Virus record (IMG/VR): IMGVR_UViG_3300048121_001678
Coordinates: 186,001 to 250,000 of that record
Direction: 5' to 3' (one strand)
DNA length: 64,000 nt
The notes beneath the pieces were generated by a model. It was not told the DNA's origin, searched no databases, and saw nothing but the letters and a program-made list of their open reading frames with translations. The translations under genes and the position numbers were made by a program. Below, piece after piece: positions 57,618-64,000 of this stretch; positions within the stretch are counted from its first letter, which is position 1; each line of letters begins with the position of its first letter.

Positions 57618-57875
57618 ATGAAGAACAAATATAACATTAATGAATCGGTTTATGATTGCAAAACTAAAGAAGTGAAAACCATTAAGGATTTTGAATTTTT
57701 TGAATCTATGGTTTTATATTACTTTGATGGAGGTGGGGCATCTCCAGAGTCAAAATTATTATCACCAATTTTCATGGAGTTTATGAATGTCGTAAACACG
57801 TCAATGGAAGAAAAAGAAAAAGAAATTGATAACGTATTAAAAAATATAACTAACGAACTAAACGAATTAGTCTAA
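57618..57875 (+). CDS. hypothetical protein
   Basis: ATG at 57618; TAATG-coupled to the lipoprotein gene. Confidence 0.6.
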   Translation: MKNKYNINESVYDCKTKEVKTIKDFEFFESMVLYYFDGGGASPESKLLSPIFMEFMNVVNTSMEEKEKEIDNVLKNITNELNELV

Positions 57876-58381
57876 TGAAGAAATTACTATATCTATTACC
57901 CTTATTATTATTTGGTTGCGAAAAGTCGTACCCTACTTATCCAAACTTAGATGGGGAGTACGTAATTGACCACGTAATTGTATTAACTGAAGACCAAGTA
58001 TACGGATGGAGAGAGGACACTGTGTACCATTATGGTAGTTTTAATCTATTTGAACCTCAAACACCGTTGGATACATTCTTAGTAGGTGTAACACGTTTTA
58101 AGGTAACCGACAATAATAGAACGTTCTATTGGAATAAAGACACCACAGTATTTGGTAATCCGTGGTCGTCAAGGGCGGAATGTACGGTACGTCAAGATAT
58201 TTTATCAGGTCAATGGGATGTAATGTCAGTTCATTTCTTTAACACTAACACGGTAAGTAGGGTATATGAAATATCATATGTGGGCATTGATGAGTTTTCT
58301 GTGTGGCAAACACAATACCCCTACAAGGCGGAAGGACCACAACATAAAATAAGGTACCACTTCAAAGAAGTAGGACCATAA
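57875..58381 (+). CDS. lipoprotein
   Basis: MKKLLYLLPLLLFG-C lipobox; LDGEY beta-barrel-like start. Confidence 0.75.
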   Translation: MKKLLYLLPLLLFGCEKSYPTYPNLDGEYVIDHVIVLTEDQVYGWREDTVYHYGSFNLFEPQTPLDTFLVGVTRFKVTDNNRTFYWNKDTTVFGNPWSSRAECTVRQDILSGQWDVMSVHFFNTNTVSRVYEISYVGIDEFSVWQTQYPYKAEGPQHKIRYHFKEVGP

Positions 58382-58382
58382 T

Positions 58383-58406
58383 AAAAGGAGGTGAAAACCT
58401 CCTTTT
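58383..58406. terminator. bidirectional terminator
   Basis: AAAAGGAGGT-GAAA-ACCTCCTTTT. Confidence 0.85.
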
Positions 58407-58857
58407 ATTTTTTTAACATTTGTTGTATTGTTTCGATATTTTGAATGAACTTCTCAGGATTATCTTTAACCCATTGTTTTACACTTTCAGGTAGGTGAGA
58501 TTTCTCCACTTCCTCCATCATCACTATTTTCATCGTTTTTCCCTGACTCTCCGACTCCACCATAACGTCACCAAAAGCACCGTATAACTTTCTTCTTAAT
58601 GTTGGTACTCCACTTTCAAAGGTTATATTGTAACCATTTTTTTTAGCCCATTGGCTTAATTGTTTCGTATCAAGAATATTATTTTTTTTAAAGGGGAAGT
58701 TTTTAATTAACCTTTCAGGGTCACCTTTAACACCAAATATCTTTAAAGATGGACTAACAACTACGGTAATACTATTCTCATCAAAACCAAAAAATGTTGG
58801 TTTCGACAATTTAATTCTACCAAGTAGTTTAACCAATAAATCATTTATATTGTCCAT
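58405..58857 (-). CDS. hypothetical protein
   Basis: ATG at 58857 behind TATTTAT (58862-58868). Confidence 0.65.
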   Translation of the reverse strand: MDNINDLLVKLLGRIKLSKPTFFGFDENSITVVVSPSLKIFGVKGDPERLIKNFPFKKNNILDTKQLSQWAKKNGYNITFESGVPTLRRKLYGAFGDVMVESESQGKTMKIVMMEEVEKSHLPESVKQWVKDNPEKFIQNIETIQQMLKK

Positions 58858-58871
58858 ACTAATAAATATCA

Positions 58872-59177
58872 TTAAAGATATTCTTCACCAGGTAAATTTC
58901 CTTCAACTAAATAATATTCGTTAATAAAAGACAATAATTCATCCTCATCTATATAAAACTCATCCTCATCGTAATCTACTCCCCATTCATCATCTTCAAA
59001 ATCATCTGAAAACTCACCAAAGTCTATAGAGTCATCATAACCATACTCTTTAAGTTTTTCATATTCTATTGTATCTGTTCTCATTTTATCATAATCATCT
59101 CCAAGACATTTGAACTCAACTCTAATGACGTTAGACTCTTTACTTATAAAATGTGATATTATTTCAACTATTTCCAT
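58872..59177 (-). CDS. acidic hypothetical protein
   Basis: Intact 101-aa ORF. Confidence 0.7.
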   Translation of the reverse strand: MEIVEIISHFISKESNVIRVEFKCLGDDYDKMRTDTIEYEKLKEYGYDDSIDFGEFSDDFEDDEWGVDYDEDEFYIDEDELLSFINEYYLVEGNLPGEEYL

Positions 59178-59225
59178 TTCTATTTTCTAAAATTTGTTTT
59201 ATCCTTTATATAAAATATATCAAAA

Positions 59226-59543
59226 ATGAATAAAAACCAATTAATTATTGAAGACTATGATATTTTCGATACTGAATTATCTGTATATTTCTCAGTTAAT
59301 CAAGAGTTAGACGTTAGAGAAGGTATAATAGATATCGATGAATTAGATACATGGCTTGAAAGTATGGGACATTATGAGATGTCTGAAGATTGTTGGGATT
59401 ATGCTACTGAATCACATTACACCAAAGATTGGACTATAGATTTTTATGAATATAAATCAGAGTTTTTAAGTGTCGACGACATAGTTGAGTTTACACATGA
59501 TTATTATAAAGATAAAGCATTACCAAATTTTGTGGAAGAATGA
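59226..59543 (+). CDS. acidic hypothetical protein
   Basis: Intact ORF, ATGA-coupled to rmlC. Confidence 0.7.
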   Translation: MNKNQLIIEDYDIFDTELSVYFSVNQELDVREGIIDIDELDTWLESMGHYEMSEDCWDYATESHYTKDWTIDFYEYKSEFLSVDDIVEFTHDYYKDKALPNFVEE

Positions 59544-60178
59544 AAATACTATCAACGTCATTAGATAACGTATATTTAATTGAAGAATCCGTACATAAAG
59601 ATAATCGAGGATATTTTATGGAGACTTGGAATGAAATGGGATACTCATCAAAGAATCTTATTAATGATTTATCCGTCGAATGGGCAGTAAAAGATGATGG
59701 GACAATGAATTCAACCTATTTTGTACAGGACAACCTATCCGTATCACATAAGGGTGTTTTTAGAGGACTTCATTACCAAACTGACATAAACGGACAAGCA
59801 AAACTAGTGAGGGTCCTGAAGGGGTCTGTAGTGGACTTTGTGGTGGATTTACGTGAGATGTCAGACACCTATGGTAAGTTCGAGTATTTCGAATTAAATG
59901 ATACGAATAATCTATCATTATTTGTACCACCGTACTATGCACATGGTTTCTTATCACTGAAAGACGATACTATATTCACATATAAATGTGGTAATTACTA
60001 TAATAAAAATTCAGAAGGTAGTATTGTTTATTCTGACCCAATCATTAGACACGTAAATGACTATAGTCAAACAATAAAAGACGTAATTGATTTCTATCAC
60101 CCTTGTGAAAGTGAAGATGATTTATTACTTTCGTATAAAGATAAACACGCACCTAAATTCTTAAAACGTAAATATTAA
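59540..60178 (+). CDS. rmlC: dTDP-4-dehydrorhamnose 3,5-epimerase
   Basis: DNRGYFME, FVQDNLS.S.KGVFRGLHYQ, QAKLVRV, VDLR, AHGF. Confidence 0.92.
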   Translation: MKILSTSLDNVYLIEESVHKDNRGYFMETWNEMGYSSKNLINDLSVEWAVKDDGTMNSTYFVQDNLSVSHKGVFRGLHYQTDINGQAKLVRVLKGSVVDFVVDLREMSDTYGKFEYFELNDTNNLSLFVPPYYAHGFLSLKDDTIFTYKCGNYYNKNSEGSIVYSDPIIRHVNDYSQTIKDVIDFYHPCESEDDLLLSYKDKHAPKFLKRKY

Positions 60179-60179
60179 T

Positions 60180-60371
60180 ATGGAAATTATTAAAAACATG
60201 GAAGCCCTGAATAAGGCAAGGAACATTGTACATTCTTGTGACACGTACAAACAACTAGATGTTGCTCAAAGATTCTGTGAGTTATATTATGAAGTCTTTA
60301 ATGACCGAGTAAATTACGAACGACTACTTCGCGACATTACAATTCGTAGAACTGAATTGACTATGGAATAA
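60180..60371 (+). CDS. small hypothetical protein
   Basis: Intact ORF ending before a terminator. Confidence 0.65.
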   Translation: MEIIKNMEALNKARNIVHSCDTYKQLDVAQRFCELYYEVFNDRVNYERLLRDITIRRTELTME

Positions 60372-60372
60372 T

Positions 60373-60406
60373 AAAAAACCCCTCGATTGAGGGGTTTTCT
60401 TTTTTT
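60373..60406. terminator. bidirectional terminator
   Basis: AAAAAACCCCTC-GATT-GAGGGGTTTT. Confidence 0.85.
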
Positions 60407-60942
60407 TAGTTAAATTTATTAAACCGATTAAAGTTCTCTAAGATTGTATCTCTTTCGGTTTTGAATGCTTCGTGGAGGTCCTCATCGATTTCCTCATACA
60501 TTCCACATTGTTCTGAACATTCACCTTCTCTCATTTCTGAACCACATTGTTCACACATTTCTTTTTCGTCTAACTTGTGGTCGTGACCTTCACACTCACA
60601 ATCTTCAACAGGACTATCACATGAAGGACAAGTTTCACCTTCACCCATAACCATCTCACCATCCTCAGGACCGTCAGATACAAAGTCATAAGCCGGTTCA
60701 ACATTAGAAACGTCCATATCAGGAGCATCAATAACTGCTTGTTCCTGTAGGTTGTTATCGTACACCTTAACTTCACCAGTATTAGTAATCTGAAGACCGT
60801 TTTTATCCTGTGCCAAATCCTCAACCGTCAACGGTGTTTGATTTGATGGAACATTCCCAGTGGCGTAACCATCATAGAAACTTCTATGTGTATTGAGGAT
60901 AGATGCTCTTTCCTCGTCTGATATCATTGAATAACCTCTCAT
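60406..60942 (-). CDS. acidic late protein with CxxC modules
   Basis: ISDEERASIL leader; CPSC...CEC and CEQCG...EGECSEQCG. Confidence 0.7.
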   Translation of the reverse strand: MRGYSMISDEERASILNTHRSFYDGYATGNVPSNQTPLTVEDLAQDKNGLQITNTGEVKVYDNNLQEQAVIDAPDMDVSNVEPAYDFVSDGPEDGEMVMGEGETCPSCDSPVEDCECEGHDHKLDEKEMCEQCGSEMREGECSEQCGMYEEIDEDLHEAFKTERDTILENFNRFNKFN

Positions 60943-61013
60943 AATTGTATTTTTATTATAAATAGTATTTGAAAGTGAAATATCTTTTTATTATCTTTAC
61001 AAAAAAGATTTAT

Positions 61014-61286
61014 ATGGAAATAGTAGATATTGATTTGGATAACATACATGAAATGGCTGAAGGGGCGATAATCTTAGATGGTTTAGATAATGCGATAATA
61101 GGGATAACTGAAGAGTTCGGTATGGAACCCAGAATCCTTTACTCGGTTAATAAGATTTTAGATATATTATCTAACGATGGTATGACTAATCGTGAAGAAG
61201 CGTTAGAGTATTATTATTACAATATAGTTGGGGGTTATTTTGGGGAGAGAAACCCAATCTTTTTGTCTGACCATTTGGTATATTAA
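61014..61286 (+). CDS. conserved phage hypothetical protein
   Basis: DGLDNAIIG...YS..KI...L...EEALEY..YNI.G.Y.GE.NPIF. Confidence 0.7.
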   Translation: MEIVDIDLDNIHEMAEGAIILDGLDNAIIGITEEFGMEPRILYSVNKILDILSNDGMTNREEALEYYYYNIVGGYFGERNPIFLSDHLVY

Positions 61287-61328
61287 AACATAACCGTTAT
61301 ATTTGTTTAACATTAAAAAATAAAATAT

Positions 61329-61715
61329 ATGCCATACATAAATCCATATGAGTTACCAACACAATACAAAGAACACAAAGAACTCGGACGATTGATTCGT
61401 AAACAAAGATTCAATGTGACTGAGTATGATAATGCTACTAATTTGGATTTTCGTATAACATATATCAAAATGTCTGATTACTACAGAGACATAGAAGTGA
61501 ATGTAAAGGTTTCAGGAACTCTATATCAATGGGGATACTGGGGACGACAGACAAATTCAGGAGGTAGACGCATTACTGGAATGGTAAATCCACGTAGTCG
61601 TAATAGCGACATCCGTTCTGCAATCCAAAAAGAAATTCGTGACTTTTTTAAGTTATTTGGGGTTGAGAAATATCGTGTTAATATAAAGAAAGTTACAGTA
61701 GCAGAGTCTATTTAA
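61329..61715 (+). CDS. hypothetical protein
   Basis: TTTG(61274)-N20-TATATTTG(61298) upstream. Confidence 0.7.
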   Translation: MPYINPYELPTQYKEHKELGRLIRKQRFNVTEYDNATNLDFRITYIKMSDYYRDIEVNVKVSGTLYQWGYWGRQTNSGGRRITGMVNPRSRNSDIRSAIQKEIRDFFKLFGVEKYRVNIKKVTVAESI

Positions 61716-61716
61716 T

Positions 61717-62307
61717 CTACTTCATCATAATGAAGGCTCGAAGAGCTTGTTTGGCTAATAACTTAACCTCACGGTTCATGTTTTCCAAACTTGGCTCTTT
61801 ACCCTTTCGTTCTAAGGATTCGATAGATAGACGAATCATTGCATGTTTGGCGTCATCCGCAGCATCATATAACTCCACATACTTATCCTCATCATAATTT
61901 TCATATTGATTAAACTGAATATAACGTCTAAGATAATCTGAACCTGAATAAATAAAGTGGGTAGATTCCAACATATTCATTACACCTGACATTCTTAATT
62001 TCTCGAAGAAGTCATACAAGATTTTGTTCTCACGACCCAATACATCTGAAACCGCTTGCCATTCAGTCCAATGGTGATTACCACCTTCATTTAGTCTTTC
62101 ACCCTCATCTAACAACCATAAATCCTCAGCAGATACAATTGAAAGGTTGCGACCATTTTCCCAATCAACAGATATTAATAGGTCATCTTTTTCAAATGGG
62201 TCTTCCTGAACTCTGGTGACAACACCTTTAGTACCTGGTGTCATACCTTGTTCGTCTTTCATATAGACCAACACTATTTTATCACCTTCTTTAACTTTAG
62301 GATTCAT
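61717..62307 (-). CDS. DUF4314-like plus DUF5049-like fusion
   Basis: GDKIVLVYM.D...PGTKGVV...V.WENG..L; LRMSGVMNM. Confidence 0.55.
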   Translation of the reverse strand: MNPKVKEGDKIVLVYMKDEQGMTPGTKGVVTRVQEDPFEKDDLLISVDWENGRNLSIVSAEDLWLLDEGERLNEGGNHHWTEWQAVSDVLGRENKILYDFFEKLRMSGVMNMLESTHFIYSGSDYLRRYIQFNQYENYDEDKYVELYDAADDAKHAMIRLSIESLERKGKEPSLENMNREVKLLAKQALRAFIMMK

Positions 62308-62367
62308 AATAATTTATTGTTTTAGTATAAATACTATTAATTATATATTTATTCTAAAAGAGTTTAC

Positions 62368-63042
62368 ATGCAATACATAATAACAGAAGAACAACATCAA
62401 TTAATCCTTACAGAAGGTTTTAAAGATGCTGTAGAAAATCGTTTAAAAAATGCGTACAACTTTACTAAAGATATCATAGCTAAAACTAAAGAACAATTTG
62501 GTAATAGTTTTAGATTTGCACTTACATATGGTGCCGGTATCGGAGCATTGGCACCCGCAATTGATGAATACTTAAGAGGTTCATTTAGTGGATTAGACGA
62601 CTCCCAAATTGCAAGTCTTATAATGTCAGCAATCTCTATAGTGTTTTTCAATACTAAGGATTATTTGGACATATATAAAAAAATGAAAAAAGATGGTCTT
62701 ATAGATGAATTAGGGTCAGCAGTATCATTCACTGAAAAATTAAAGTCTCGCGTATCAAAAATTTTAGACGTTTTAGGTATCGCCACTTATCAAGCATTGG
62801 ATGTCGTTTCATTTTCGTTCTTATTACCTATTTTACCAGCAATTATTAAAATGTTAAGTGACACAGATTTAGATATGGTGGCACTTAAAGGTTTACTTAA
62901 TTCTTCGTTTATTACTGTAAGTGCAATAACCCTTCAAAAGATTATCGGGAAATTAAGCGAAAAAATTTCACCCAAAAACTCTTCTGATGATGTAAGTGAA
63001 CCTGAGGGTGAATTCCAATCTCCTGAGTCAGATATTGTTTAA
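62368..63042 (+). CDS. late membrane protein with IITEEQ leader
   Basis: TATTTAT at 62346-62352; several hydrophobic helices. Confidence 0.65.
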   Translation: MQYIITEEQHQLILTEGFKDAVENRLKNAYNFTKDIIAKTKEQFGNSFRFALTYGAGIGALAPAIDEYLRGSFSGLDDSQIASLIMSAISIVFFNTKDYLDIYKKMKKDGLIDELGSAVSFTEKLKSRVSKILDVLGIATYQALDVVSFSFLLPILPAIIKMLSDTDLDMVALKGLLNSSFITVSAITLQKIIGKLSEKISPKNSSDDVSEPEGEFQSPESDIV

Positions 63043-63238
63043 GAGATTCTTGAGCTTCCTCTAAAGTGTTGTTTTGTTGGTATTTATGTGGGATTTTACC
63101 TGTCTTATATTTCTTTCTTAAAACGTAAGATATATCCCTTTTCTTAATTAGGAAAAGTCTATTACCTTTACTATCCGATGATTCTTCAATTCTAAATTGT
63201 TTAAGGATAAATTCTGGAAATTCATTAAATGATACCAT
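62942..63238 (-). CDS. hypothetical protein
   Basis: Follows the SAP-like gene; 3' end overlaps a convergent gene. Confidence 0.5.
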   Translation of the reverse strand: MVSFNEFPEFILKQFRIEESSDSKGNRLFLIKKRDISYVLRKKYKTGKIPHKYQQNNTLEEAQESLKQYLTQEIGIHPQVHLHHQKSFWVKFFRLISR

Positions 63239-63239
63239 A

Positions 63240-63563
63240 TTAAATAAATTCGAAATCTTTTCTTACTTCATAGTAATGTACACCCATTGAGTAATAAAGT
63301 AGTTTTACCTTACCTTTGTCTCTCTCCTTACCAACTTGTACCCTTTTATCGTGTTCATCTAACTTGAGTCCAATAATTTTATACCCATGACTAGCCAAAC
63401 TTGATGGGTGTGAGTGTACAACTATCACATCAGGTTTTGTATGGTCAACTATACTTTTAATAATTTGAGTTTTCGTACCACCATATTTTAACCCATATGA
63501 TTTTGCCAGTATTTTTAACTCCTGTAGTGACTTACCCTTTAAATCTTCCTTATTTACTTCCAT
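63240..63563 (-). CDS. SAP/HeH-motif protein
   Basis: LKGKSLQELKILAKSYGLKYGGTKTQIIKSI. Confidence 0.6.
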   Translation of the reverse strand: MEVNKEDLKGKSLQELKILAKSYGLKYGGTKTQIIKSIVDHTKPDVIVVHSHPSSLASHGYKIIGLKLDEHDKRVQVGKERDKGKVKLLYYSMGVHYYEVRKDFEFI

Positions 63564-63895
63564 AATAACTGAATTAATACGACACAAAGACATAATGATA
63601 GTGAAACAGCATTCTTCATAGTTAACGTCTCACCTAAAATAACATAACTTAAAAATAACATCACTAATATCCCTAAACTAAATTGTAGTAGTCTCGCACT
63701 CCAAGCAGTTCCCATTGATGAATATGCAAATCGTGCCCCATAAATAAATAAGTAAGATAAGGGTACACCTAAAAATACCGCATTAAACCAAACATTCTCT
63801 TTAAACCATGGATATTTAACCTGAGCAAATTGCTGAAACCACGCACCGACCTGTGCGATTAAAAGTAATGATATTGCAAGTAATGTCTCTTTCAT
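63554..63895 (-). CDS. 4-TM small membrane protein (DMT/SMR-like)
   Basis: Four hydrophobic helices and LGETLT motif; minus-strand TATATTTG at 63901-63908. Confidence 0.6.
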   Translation of the reverse strand: MKETLLAISLLLIAQVGAWFQQFAQVKYPWFKENVWFNAVFLGVPLSYLFIYGARFAYSSMGTAWSARLLQFSLGILVMLFLSYVILGETLTMKNAVSLSLCLCVVLIQLLWK

Positions 63896-63934
63896 TACTA
63901 CAAATATATAAAAATAAAAAGAAACATCAAAACT

Positions 63935-64000
63935 TTAGTCTGATGTTTCCCCATACATTAACTCTTGTAAGTCTTCTAAATACTCATTATCGTAGTCCCA
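63935..64000 (-). CDS. partial hypothetical protein (3' end)
   Basis: WDYDNEYLEDLQELMYGETSD* running in from the window end. Confidence 0.5.
   Translation of the reverse strand, partial: WDYDNEYLEDLQELMYGETSD

Noticed and set aside
23219-62333. TATAAATA as a canonical T4 late promoter driving plus-strand genes
   Set aside because: Orientation tracks the minus-strand structural genes, and plus-strand late genes carry TATTTAT instead, so the functional strand appears to be the reverse
1-64000. Alternative genetic code (TAG/TGA recoding seen in some huge phages)
   Set aside because: Core genes are full length in code 11, coding density is high, and TAG/TGA act as normal stops
1-64000. CRISPR array, integrase or IS element
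   Set aside because: No regularly spaced repeats or transposase/integrase motifs were seen; the repeats found are intragenic

Overview
This is an AT-rich, gene-dense segment of a large T4-like (myovirus-type) 'huge/jumbo' phage in the standard genetic code. The host is almost certainly Bacteroidota. Support for that: TTTG-N19/20-TATATTTG host-type promoters, almost no Shine-Dalgarno sites, a Bacteroidota-type bS21 and tmRNA tag start, and DUF4494- and DUF6952-like host genes. Layout: (1) 1.2-14.2 kb is a sugar-modification/glycosyltransferase cluster that also holds dUTPase, an exonuclease and PhoH. (2) A gp55-like late sigma factor is followed by baseplate/structural genes. (3) The head module is on the minus strand (terminase, portal, prohead protease, scaffold, major capsid), with an antisense ribosomal protein bS21 gene embedded in it. 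(4) A proteostasis island contains a tandem-UVR protein, an N-domain-less ClpC and an M20/M28 peptidase, and a tmRNA with an unusually long tag lies nearby. (5) In the accessory region, late minus-strand genes alternate with host-promoter plus-strand genes and are separated by bidirectional terminators. The best leads are: a family of late 'cargo' proteins sharing an N-terminal (I/L)xE leader; a duplicated back-to-back late/early promoter cassette pairing such cargo genes with exported proteins; a TATTTAT late motif that is the reverse complement of the T4 one; a possibly orthogonal tmRNA-ClpC degradation system; and an orphan 11-nt super-SD in a 3' UTR. All family assignments come from motif recognition by eye, not database searches.
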